Of a stretch of 64,000 bases of DNA, positions 18,294 to 30,510 are shown in pieces. This DNA comes from a bacterium (GTDB lineage: Bacteria > ARS69). Each line of letters starts with the position of its first letter. The stretch's first letter is position 1. The translations under genes were made by a program, and so were the position numbers. The stretch spans positions 387,913-451,912 of the forward strand of contig JAXLTI010000003.1 of assembly GCA_046330135.1 (NCBI GenBank). The letters are read 5' to 3'. Below the pieces are notes generated by a model. It was given only the letters and a program-made list of their open reading frames with translations. It searched no databases and was not told the origin of the DNA.

Positions 18294-18473
18294 GGCCGAC
18301 TCCCCCTTCGGGGCGGCGAATCTATCAGGGAGCGCGGAGTCGGGCAAGGCGCAGGCGAGCGCGCGAGTCGCCCGACCGTGCGGGCGTGGGCGAGCTTGCG
18401 AATCCGGGCGGGCGATCACGCGCCGGCGGAGCGCGCGGCGACGGGGCCGCGCGCCCGCCGAACGCCGGTCGCG

Positions 18474-19643
18474 TCAGTTCGCGTGCGAGGCCTCGAGCCC
18501 CCGGAAGCGCTCGAGCTGCTTCTTGTAGTAGTCGCTCGCGGGATTCTCGAGGATCGCGCGCCGCTCCAGATCCACCGCGCCGTCGACGTTCTTGCGCGCG
18601 TTACAGATCTCCGCGGCGGTGTCGAGCACCATGGCCCGCTCCGACCCCGCCGGCGCCAGCTCCGCGCCGTGCCGCGCGAGCGCTTCGGCCTCCTCGAGGT
18701 TCACGCCGTTCTCGAAGCACCACCACGCGAAACCGTTGAGCTGCGTCGAGTCTTCCTTCCATCCCTCCGGAAGGGTCTGCCGCTCGAGGCCGAGCGCCTT
18801 GTCCTTGTCCTGCTCGATGAACAGGGCGTGGTCCACGCTGAGCAGCTGGTGCTGCCGCATCAGCTCCGGATCCGTCGCCTTGTCCGTGGCATCCAGCGCC
18901 GGCCCGAGGTACGGCACGAGGATGTCCGTGCTGCCCAGCCTCCGGCCGAGATCCCGCATCGTGTTCGCGACCGACACGAGGTCCCACGGCTGCGCGGACT
19001 TCGACTTCACCACCGCGTTCGCCGCGTTCATCACGGCCTTCAGCCCGAACAGCTCCTTGCGCGTGAAGCCGCTGGAGACGCAGTCGAACTTGCGGTACGT
19101 GAAGTCCAGGCTCGGATCCAGCTCCATGGCGCGGTCCAGGTACTTCACGGCGTCCTCGTACTCGGCGCGCGTCTCGTGGTAGCTGGCGAGCGTGGCGGCG
19201 TCCTTCGCCGTGGGCGTCTTCTCGAACCGCGCCGTCTTCTGGTCGACCGTGGTGGGGTCCGCAATCCCGTCCGCCAGCCGCGTGAGGAAGTCCGCCTTGT
19301 CGAAGCCCCACCAGCGGCTGGTCGTGGCCCCGTTGGCGTCGAGGAGGACGAACGTGGGATACCCCTGGACCGTCATGTCCTTCGCCAGGGACACACCCTC
19401 CTTCTCCGCGTCGAGCTTGCAGAGCACGACCCCGCCGAGGGCCGCCTTGACGTCCGCATCGGACTCCGACGCCGCCGTGAAGCGCTTACACGGCCCGCAC
19501 CAGGTGGCGTAGAAGTCGATCAGGACCGGCTTGTGGTCGCGGGCGGCCACCTGCTTCGCCTCGTCGAAGCTCAGATGCTCGGCCGAAGCGGCGCCGCGCG
19601 CGAGAACGAGCAGAGCGGCAGCGACCAGGACGGCGACTCTCAT
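18474..19643 (-). CDS. Secreted thioredoxin-fold protein with a helical-repeat C-terminal domain
   Basis: Signal peptide MRVAVLVAAALLVLARGAASA, then DFYATWCGPCKRF (WCGPC active site). A roughly 250-aa helical region follows. Confidence 0.75.
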   Translation of the reverse strand: MRVAVLVAAALLVLARGAASAEHLSFDEAKQVAARDHKPVLIDFYATWCGPCKRFTAASESDADVKAALGGVVLCKLDAEKEGVSLAKDMTVQGYPTFVLLDANGATTSRWWGFDKADFLTRLADGIADPTTVDQKTARFEKTPTAKDAATLASYHETRAEYEDAVKYLDRAMELDPSLDFTYRKFDCVSSGFTRKELFGLKAVMNAANAVVKSKSAQPWDLVSVANTMRDLGRRLGSTDILVPYLGPALDATDKATDPELMRQHQLLSVDHALFIEQDKDKALGLERQTLPEGWKEDSTQLNGFAWWCFENGVNLEEAEALARHGAELAPAGSERAMVLDTAAEICNARKNVDGAVDLERRAILENPASDYYKKQLERFRGLEASHAN

Positions 19644-19787
19644 GGGTCATCCTCCGTCAGTCAGGGAAACCTCGACGACGGTCATCGTCGCCGATGCGGA
19701 GCGGCCGTTGGTAGCCCAAAGTGGCGGTCGGCGGCGCCCCGCGACGCCGGCCGGTGGGACGGGGCCTTCCGGCGAACGGGCCCCCGC

Positions 19788-20576
19788 TCACGCCGTGCCC
19801 GGACGCCGGTACCAGTACCGATAGGCCTCCCGGAAGCCGAAGGCGGCGTAGAGCGCCAGGGCCGGCGCGTTCGTCGCTTCCACCTGGAGGTACGCTCGCC
19901 GGGCGCCCTGCTCACGGCCCCAGTCCAGGAGGCCCCGGACGAGCACGCGGGCGAAACCCCGCCGGCGCGCCGCAGGATCCGTGACGATGTCGAAGAGTCC
20001 CACCCAGCCTTCGTCGGCGACCGCGAGCCCCACCGCCCGAGGGAGGCCGCGCTCGGAGACGACCGCGAAACCCCGCGCCGGCGCGTCGCGCTCGAGGATC
20101 GCGACGTGCCGAGCCCGAGGCTCCCCCCCGAGCCCGCGCCAGCGCGCGAACGGGTCGACCCAGGGCGGCTCGGGGCTTCGGAGGATGCGCACGTCGGCGC
20201 CGCGAGGCTCGGCGCTTCCCCCGATCCCCTCGAGATCCGCGACGTGCACGCACGCCTCCAGCTCGCGCTCCCAACCGGCGGCCGCCAGGGCGTCGTCGAG
20301 GCCGGTCGGGCACACGGCCGCGTGAAGGTGCAGGCGGGGGACGAGGCCGCGGAGCAGGTAGCGCCTCGTGCATTCCGCCAGCGCGGCGGTCACGTCCCGG
20401 ACGTCCCCGACGGGGTGAACGGAGTTCGACCGCCGCGTGGCGCCCGCCGCGAAGCGCAGCAGCCACCCTTCGAGGGACTCCTCCTCGAGCGCCGGCCACG
20501 CCCGCCGCGCGCGCTCCTCCGTGGCGCGCACGAAGGCGCGGCTCGCCGGGGAGAGCGCGGCGATCGGCGACGTCAC
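19788..20576 (-). CDS. GNAT-family N-acetyltransferase (start uncertain)
   Basis: The C-terminal domain reads VGLFDIVTDPAARRRGFARVLVRGLLDWGREQGARRAYLQVEATNAPALALYAAFGF (acetyl-CoA motif A). The start is placed at GTG 20576, downstream of the AT-rich patch at 20640-20730. The track ORF extends to 20795. Confidence 0.55.
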   Translation of the reverse strand: MTSPIAALSPASRAFVRATEERARRAWPALEEESLEGWLLRFAAGATRRSNSVHPVGDVRDVTAALAECTRRYLLRGLVPRLHLHAAVCPTGLDDALAAAGWERELEACVHVADLEGIGGSAEPRGADVRILRSPEPPWVDPFARWRGLGGEPRARHVAILERDAPARGFAVVSERGLPRAVGLAVADEGWVGLFDIVTDPAARRRGFARVLVRGLLDWGREQGARRAYLQVEATNAPALALYAAFGFREAYRYWYRRPGTA

Positions 20577-20861
20577 GACGATCTCGGCCGGGGGCGGCGC
20601 TCCGACGGAGGCGGAAGAGGCCGCGGGAAGGGGGTCGCTCGGGACTTCATGAATCTTCGGAGACAAGTCAATATAAACGATTGGGGAGATTGAAGATGAA
20701 ACATCATCCCATGTATCCTCCCGCATCGCCCGACCGGCGATCGGCCCGCCGCCACGGCGACGGCCGAGAATGGCGCCGGGGAGCGCCCCGCGCAAGTCGC
20801 GCGTTGCGCCCCCCGGGCCCTGCGAGAGGAGGCGCGGCCCGACGCGACCGCGCCCGCGCCC

Positions 20862-21563
20862 CTAGGACTCCTGCACCTGCACCCGCTCCACCATCGTCTT
20901 CTCGTCGATCTTGCCGTCGGAGTACGCGCGCACGTCGGCCATCTTCGCCTTGAGGACCAGCGAGTCGATGTCCTTGTCGTCGAAGTAGTCGTTGTTGCGG
21001 AGGTCGACGTCGATCGTGATGAACTCGGCGTCCGGGACCGCCTTCAGCAGCTCGGCGTCCTGGAGGATGGCGTCCACCAGCTCCGCCTTGCCGCGCTTGT
21101 AGAGGCGCTCCTGCCGCTTGAGCTCGTGGTCGATCCAGCTCTTCCGCAGCGCCCGCCGGTCGTCGCGATCGCTCTTCTTTTCGTCGCGCTCGGCCTTCTT
21201 GTCGTCCCGATCGGCCTTCTCGTCGTCGTCGTCGTCCCCGCGGATGATCACCACGCGATCGTCGTCGCGCCACAACCCCCGCCACCACTTCCCGTCCATC
21301 CAGCGATCGCCGCCGCTCGTGAGGGACGCGTCGAAGGAGAAGCGCACGCCCTCCCCCGCGTGGTAGCGACCCCGCGCCTCGTGGTGCCCTTGCACCAGCC
21401 AGTTCGGGCTCTCCACGAGCACGTCGTCGAGGATCCGCTCGAACAGCTCGATTTGGCGGTCCATCTTCCGGTCGCCGTCCGCCCGGGCGGTTCCGCTCGT
21501 GGCGAGGGCGATCGCGAGCACGCACCCGGCGGTCACCGTCGTGCCCTGCTTCCAGCTTCCCAT
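20862..21563 (-). CDS. Secreted hypothetical protein with a highly charged D/E/K/R central segment
   Basis: RBS ggaggga. The signal-like N-terminus reads GTTVTAGCVLAIALATSGTARA. The central run is RGDDDDDEKADRDDKKAERDEKKSDRDDRR. Codon usage is consistent with real coding. Confidence 0.6.
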   Translation of the reverse strand: MGSWKQGTTVTAGCVLAIALATSGTARADGDRKMDRQIELFERILDDVLVESPNWLVQGHHEARGRYHAGEGVRFSFDASLTSGGDRWMDGKWWRGLWRDDDRVVIIRGDDDDDEKADRDDKKAERDEKKSDRDDRRALRKSWIDHELKRQERLYKRGKAELVDAILQDAELLKAVPDAEFITIDVDLRNNDYFDDKDIDSLVLKAKMADVRAYSDGKIDEKTMVERVQVQES

Positions 21564-21823
21564 GACTCCAGTCCCTCCGTCTCGGCCCTCGGCTCTTCAG
21601 GGGCTCGTGCCTAAGACGGGAGGGGGCGCGCCAGCGTTCAACGCTAGCCCCGGATCACCAGGACGATCGAACGCGGGGGCGGAGTCGCCCATGGATCCAA
21701 GGCGCGCGAGGCCGTCGGGCCGAGGCGTAGTCCTGCACCACGTCGAGGCCCGATGGCCGAAGCGCAACGCCGGAGACGCGGGCGAATCCGCCTCCGCAGC
21801 CCGGTCGTCATGGATGATCCGGG

Positions 21824-22888
21824 CTAGAAGAAGAGCTTGAAGAACCCGAGGATGCCCTGCTTCCAGGGAACGCGGTGGGAGACCCCGGAGGCCCCGCGGA
21901 ACGAGTCGACGTTCGCCAGGTACCACTCGAAGTTGCGCAGCAGGGCGGCCTGGTTCGAGTACTTGGGGCGGAAGCCCAGGACGCGCTCCGCCTTCTCGAT
22001 GGAGACGAACGAGTCCTCGCAGGCGGTCTCGTACACCCACTTGTAGAGCGGCGAGACCTTGAGCGCCTCGAGCACGCGAAGCGTGCCGATCACCGGCCCC
22101 GCCGGGAAGGGGACGATCTTCTTGCCGAAGCCGGCGCGGTCCAGGACCGCCTGCCAGTCCTCCCCCATCGTGGCGAACTCCTTCGCCCCGATGTTGAAGA
22201 CGTCGTTCGCCTTCTCCGCGGGCAGGGTCAGGGCCAGCCAGATCGCGTCGCACAGGTCCTCGACATCCAGGAGCTGGTAGCGGTTCTTGCCGCTGCCGAT
22301 CATCGGGAAGCCGCGAGCGTCCTTCGCCCAGTCGTAGAGGAGCGCGAAGACGCCGAGCCGCTCCGGCCCGATGAAGGACTTCGGCCGGAGGATCGGGACG
22401 CACATCCCCCGCTGGCGGAAGCTCGCGCACACCTGCTCCGCCTCCACCTTCGCGATGCCGTACGGGCCCACGCCGTGCAGGCGATCGGTCTCGAGCAGCG
22501 GATGGTGATCGGGGATCCCGTAGACCGCGGTCGAGGAGACGTGGACGGCCCGCTTCACGCCGTGCGCGAGCGCGGACTCGTAGACGTTGCGCGTGCCGTC
22601 CACGTCCGTGCTGAGGATGTCCTCGCGGGAGTAGAGCGGAAGCGCCGCCGCCGTGTGGACGACCGCGTCCACGCCTTCCATCGCGCGGTCGCACGCCGCG
22701 CGGTCCCGGATGTCCCCCGTGACGATGCGGATGCGGTCCTTCTCCGGATAGTCGAACGGCGCGAAGTCCAGCGAGGTGACGTCCGTCCCGTGCGCGAGAA
22801 GGTGGCGGACGAGGTTGATGCCGAGGAAGCCCGCGCCTCCCGTCACGAGGGCGCGGCGCGGCGCGGAGGAATCAGGGGTGGCGTTCAC
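21824..22888 (-). CDS. NAD-dependent epimerase/dehydratase (extended SDR)
   Basis: Motifs: VTGGAGFLGINLVRHLL (GxxGxxG) and YGIAKVEAE (YxxxK). Confidence 0.85.
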   Translation of the reverse strand: MNATPDSSAPRRALVTGGAGFLGINLVRHLLAHGTDVTSLDFAPFDYPEKDRIRIVTGDIRDRAACDRAMEGVDAVVHTAAALPLYSREDILSTDVDGTRNVYESALAHGVKRAVHVSSTAVYGIPDHHPLLETDRLHGVGPYGIAKVEAEQVCASFRQRGMCVPILRPKSFIGPERLGVFALLYDWAKDARGFPMIGSGKNRYQLLDVEDLCDAIWLALTLPAEKANDVFNIGAKEFATMGEDWQAVLDRAGFGKKIVPFPAGPVIGTLRVLEALKVSPLYKWVYETACEDSFVSIEKAERVLGFRPKYSNQAALLRNFEWYLANVDSFRGASGVSHRVPWKQGILGFFKLFF

Positions 22889-22891
22889 GGC

Positions 22892-26355
<3,464 letters not shown>

Positions 26356-26356
<1 letters not shown>

Positions 26357-27495
26357 CAGGCGGTCTCGCCGAGCTGATCGAGGAAGACCTCCCAGAGGTA
26401 GCCCGCGTCGTGCGGACCGGGCGCCGCCTCGGGGTGGTACTGCACGGAGTACAGGCCGTATTCGGAGTGACGCATGCCTTGCACCGTCCCGTCGAAGAGG
26501 CTCCGGTGGGTGATCTCGAAGCCCGCAGCCCGCGCGCTCTCCGCGTCGACCGCGTAGTTGTGGTTCTGCGACGTGATCTCGATGCGCCCGTTCGCGAGGC
26601 GCTGGACCGGATGGTTCGCGCCGTGATGGCCGAACTTCAGCTTGTACGTGCGCGCGCCGAGGGCGAGGCCGAGCAGCTGGTGTCCGAGGCAGATGCCGAG
26701 AATCGGGAGCTTGCCGAGCAGCGCGCGAATCGTCTCGACGACGTAGGTGGTGGTGCGGGGATCGCCCGGTCCGTTCGAGACGAGAAGCGCGGCCGCCCCG
26801 CTGCGGAGGATCTCCTCGGCGGAAGCATCCGCCGGAAACACGACCGCGCGCACGCCGCGCTCCGCGAGGCGCCGCAGGATGTTCCGCTTCGACCCGCAGT
26901 CCAGGACCGCGATCGTGGGGCCGGGCCGCGACGTGGCGGAGGCGTCGTGCGCCGCGCCGTGGCCGTCCCCCCGCCACTCGAAGGAGCGGTGGACGGTGAC
27001 CGCGCGCACCGTGTCCTGGCCGAGCATCTCGGGAACCTCGCGCGCCGCCGCCACGAGATCCTCGCCGCTCTTTCCGGAAGCCGCCGGTCCGCTCGCGATC
27101 ACGCCCCGCTGGCAGCCCTTCTCCCGCAGGTGGCGCGTGAGCGCGCGCGTGTCGATCGCGTCGATGCCCACGATCCCGTGGCCCCGCATGTACTCCTGGA
27201 GGCTCCGCGTGGCGCGCCAGCTCGACGGGCGGCGCGAGAACTCGCGGGCGATGAACCCGCGCACGTGCGGCCGCGACGACTCCGGGTCCTCGTCGTTCAC
27301 CCCGGTGTTGCCGATGTGCGGGTACGTCATCGCGACGAGCTGGCCGTGGTACGAGGGGTCGGTCAGGATCTCCTGATACCCCGTCATCGCAGTGTGGAAG
27401 ACGACTTCACCGCCGGTGTGACCGAGGGCGCCGAACGCGCAGCCCTCGTAGACGGACCCGTCCTCGAGGGCGAGGACGGCGCGCTCGCTCGGCAT
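26356..27495 (-). CDS. carA: Carbamoyl-phosphate synthase small (glutaminase) subunit
   Basis: Motifs: [42 protein letters not shown] (catalytic Cys) and QYHPEA. Confidence 0.95.
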
Positions 27496-27732
27496 GGGGC
27501 CTCTCCGGAGTCAGGGAGGTGGGCTGCACTTCCGGAACGTGCAGGCTATCAGAGCGTCGCCGCTCGGTCAAGAATCGGAAGCCCGCGACGCGAAGGATCC
27601 GGAAGGCACATCCCACGCTCCGACACCGGAGGGTCGGGCGCGGTAGCCGACCGCGCGCTCCGGAAGGCGCGGACTCCGTGGCCCGGCGCCGCGCGATCCG
27701 GTACATTCGATCCATCGTCCGGCGGAGGATTC

Positions 27733-28002
27733 ATGGGCAAGAACTGCGATCTCCCCCTTCACGGCTTCACCGTCGTCGTCGAGACGACGGGGTCGACCGT
27801 CTACATCGGACGCTACCACTCGGAGAACGACGAGGAGCTGCTGCTCCTCGACGCCGACGTCCGGGACCTGCCGGACGCGCCAACGAGGGCCGAGCACCTC
27901 GCTCGCTCGGCCCGCATGGGCGTATTCAAGAACACGGATCGCGTCCGGGTGCCGAGGTCGGTGATCGCCTCCGTGCGGCGCCTGATCGAGTACTCAACCT
28001 GA
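27733..28002 (+). CDS. Small hypothetical protein (89 aa)
   Basis: RBS ggcggagga lies upstream of ATG 27733. The protein reads MGKNCDLPLHGFTVVVETTGSTVYIGRYHSENDEELLLLDADV... It sits in a short operon with the downstream bacilliredoxin. I recognise no family. Confidence 0.5.
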   Translation: MGKNCDLPLHGFTVVVETTGSTVYIGRYHSENDEELLLLDADVRDLPDAPTRAEHLARSARMGVFKNTDRVRVPRSVIASVRRLIEYST

Positions 28003-28018
28003 AGGAGGACATCGCCCG

Positions 28019-28432
28019 ATGCGCTATCCCGAAGAGATCGCCGCGCCGATGCGGCAAGAAGTCGTGCAGATGGGGTTCGAGGAGCTGCGGACGCCGGACG
28101 CGGTGCGGAAGGCCGTGGGCTCGCCCGGCACGGTGCTCCTGTTCGTGAACTCGGTGTGCGGATGCGCCGGCGGCATCGCGCGTCCGGGGCTCGCGCTCGC
28201 GCTCTCGCACGACCGCGTCCCGAAGCGCCTCACGACGACGTTCGCCGGCATGGACCTCGAGGCCACGGAGTGCGCGCGCAGCCTCTTCCCCGACTATCCG
28301 CCCAGCTCCCCGCAGGCGGCGCTCTTCAAGGACGGGAAGGTGGTGGAAGTGATCCAGCGCCACCAGATCGAAGGCACGAATCCCGAGGCCTTCGCGAACC
28401 TCCTCGTCAGAGCGTTCGACCGGCACTGCTGA
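28019..28432 (+). CDS. Bacilliredoxin-like thiol-disulfide oxidoreductase (BrxA/BrxB, DUF1094 family)
   Basis: 137 aa with the family-typical FVNSVCGCAGG (CGC active site), plus ...LFKDGKVV...IEG. Confidence 0.75.
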   Translation: MRYPEEIAAPMRQEVVQMGFEELRTPDAVRKAVGSPGTVLLFVNSVCGCAGGIARPGLALALSHDRVPKRLTTTFAGMDLEATECARSLFPDYPPSSPQAALFKDGKVVEVIQRHQIEGTNPEAFANLLVRAFDRHC

Positions 28433-28716
28433 CCTCCGCACCGGCCGACCTCCCGATCTGATCCATGGGCTCCGCGGCTCCCGCCTCCGCGGAGAGCGCC
28501 GAGTCGTGCCCGCCTCGCGGCGCGCGGACCGCGCGACCTCGCCGAGGATCGCCCCTCCACGACGGCGCCGATCGCCCGTCCTTTGAAGCGACCCTCACCG
28601 CCGCTTCACCGTCCGGATGGAACCTGTCCGCGTCGATCGTCACCCCACGGGGCCAGCCGAGGCAGACGAGCGACATCCTGTGCCCTGAGCCTTCATCCTG
28701 AAGAGGTGCGGACATA

Positions 28717-30402
28717 ATGAATCGCGCACTCCTGTCGCGTCCCACCGGCGCTCTCGCCGTCCTCGGTCTCCTGGCGCTCGCAGCCCCGGCGAGCGCGAAG
28801 GTCCTGCTCGACGGACTCATCACCTGGGGCAACGGCCTCGGCGATCTCCTGTACCAGTGCCCCGGGGTCCCCAATCCCGGCGTGATGAACGGACCGCACA
28901 ACGACCTCAGCGTCGCGCCGCTTCCGGGATTCAACGGCGTGTTCCCCAACACCGATTTCAAGCCGGCTCAAACGAGCATCGCGAACGGCGACGTCGACGA
29001 TGTCGCCACCCTCGCGTACCAGGACGCCGACCCCTGCAACCTCTGCGGCGCGCAGCGCCGCTTCACCAACGTCTGCTATCGCGGTGCGGTCGATCCCCAC
29101 GACGCCGCGCCGGACTGGACCCACGAGCCCTGGATCACGTACGGCAACTTCCCCGAGGTTCGCCCGGCGGGCTGGGAGACGCGGGCCATCAAGTTCTACT
29201 CCGGCCTGCAGCCCAGCTCCCACTGGACGGCGGACACGGTCCGCGTGTGCCAGGGTCGCGTCGGCTTCCCCGCCGGCACCACGCTGGTCGTCGATCCGGG
29301 CACGTTGATCGTCGGCGAGGGCGCCACCGGCCCGAGCTTCGTGGCGATCGAGCGCGGGGCCAAGGTCATCATGAACGGGACGCCGACCAATCCGATCACC
29401 GGGACGTGCGACGCCGATCCGCCCATCATCGGCGGTTGGGGCGGACTGGTCATGCACGGCCGCGCGGTGGCGAACTGCGCGGACTGCCTCGGCGGCGCGT
29501 CCTGCGCCAGCGAAGGCGACGTCGGCGCCCTGTTCTGCGGCACGGACGACTGCGACAGCAGCGGCAGCGTGACGTACACGCGCATCTGCTACTCGGGCAT
29601 CGAGATCAGCCCGAACAACGAGCTGAACACGTTCACCCAGAACGCCCTCGGCTCGCGGACGGTCATCTCCCACTGCGAGTCGATCCAGGGCTCGGACGAC
29701 GACTTCGAGTGGTTCGGCGGCCTGGTCAGCGACGACCACCTGATCGGAATCGGCGGCGGTGACGACGGTCTGGACTGGCAGATGGGCTGGCGCGGCGCGT
29801 GCCAGTTCGCGGTCATCCAGAAGTACGCGAACCAGGGCGACAAGGGCATCGAGGCGGACAACAACGAGTTCAACTTCGAGGCCCCCTGCCGCTCGAACCC
29901 GATCTTCGCGAACATCACGCTCGTCGGCATCCAGGACACGGGCTCCACGGACACCTGGGGCATCCACCTCCGCCGAGGCACGGACGGGCAGATCTTCAAC
30001 TCGATCATCACGAACTTCCCCCGGCAGGCCGTGAACGTCGAGCACAACGAGACGATGGAGCGCGGCCTGAACCCGTACACCGCGTCGTACGCCTGCGGCA
30101 CGCGGGTGGATGCGCCGGTCGTGGCGGCCTCGACCTTCGGCATGGACGTGCGCGCCTTCCCGAACCCGGTGTCGCGCGGCACGAGCTTCCAGTTCTCGCT
30201 GCCCTCCTCGGGTCCGGCGCGCCTCGACGTGTACGACGTCACGGGTCGTCGGGTCGCGAGCCTGATGGACGAGACGAACCTCTCGGCGGGAGCGCACAGC
30301 GTCGAGTGGACGCCGGAGACCTCCTTGCCGGCGGGCGCGTACTTCTATCGCCTCGAGACCGCTTCGCACCCGTCGCAGGGACGGTTGGTGCTGGTGCGCT
30401 GA
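28717..30402 (+). CDS. Secreted Cys-rich protein with a FlgD-Ig/T9SS-type C-terminal sorting domain
   Basis: Signal peptide ...LLALAAPASA and about 17 Cys. The core reads DDFEWFGGLVSDDHLIGIGGGDDGLDWQMGW...GIEADNNEF. The C-terminal ~85 aa read AFPNPVSRGTSFQFSLP...LDVYDVTGRRVASL...LPAGAYFYRLE. Confidence 0.7.
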   Translation: MNRALLSRPTGALAVLGLLALAAPASAKVLLDGLITWGNGLGDLLYQCPGVPNPGVMNGPHNDLSVAPLPGFNGVFPNTDFKPAQTSIANGDVDDVATLAYQDADPCNLCGAQRRFTNVCYRGAVDPHDAAPDWTHEPWITYGNFPEVRPAGWETRAIKFYSGLQPSSHWTADTVRVCQGRVGFPAGTTLVVDPGTLIVGEGATGPSFVAIERGAKVIMNGTPTNPITGTCDADPPIIGGWGGLVMHGRAVANCADCLGGASCASEGDVGALFCGTDDCDSSGSVTYTRICYSGIEISPNNELNTFTQNALGSRTVISHCESIQGSDDDFEWFGGLVSDDHLIGIGGGDDGLDWQMGWRGACQFAVIQKYANQGDKGIEADNNEFNFEAPCRSNPIFANITLVGIQDTGSTDTWGIHLRRGTDGQIFNSIITNFPRQAVNVEHNETMERGLNPYTASYACGTRVDAPVVAASTFGMDVRAFPNPVSRGTSFQFSLPSSGPARLDVYDVTGRRVASLMDETNLSAGAHSVEWTPETSLPAGAYFYRLETASHPSQGRLVLVR

Positions 30403-30510
30403 CGGGCGATCGTCCGCCCGCGATCATCCACCGAACGGCTCGGCGGGCCTGCGGGCCCGCCGGGTCGGAGGAAGACAACACGGGGTGTGCCGCCCCGCGG
30501 AGGTCACTCG

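Noticed and set aside
28433-28716. A possible cobalamin, TPP or other riboswitch in the 284-bp leader of the TonB-receptor cluster.
   Set aside because: I could not find a B12 box or any other riboswitch core motif by eye. A covariance-model scan would be needed to be sure.
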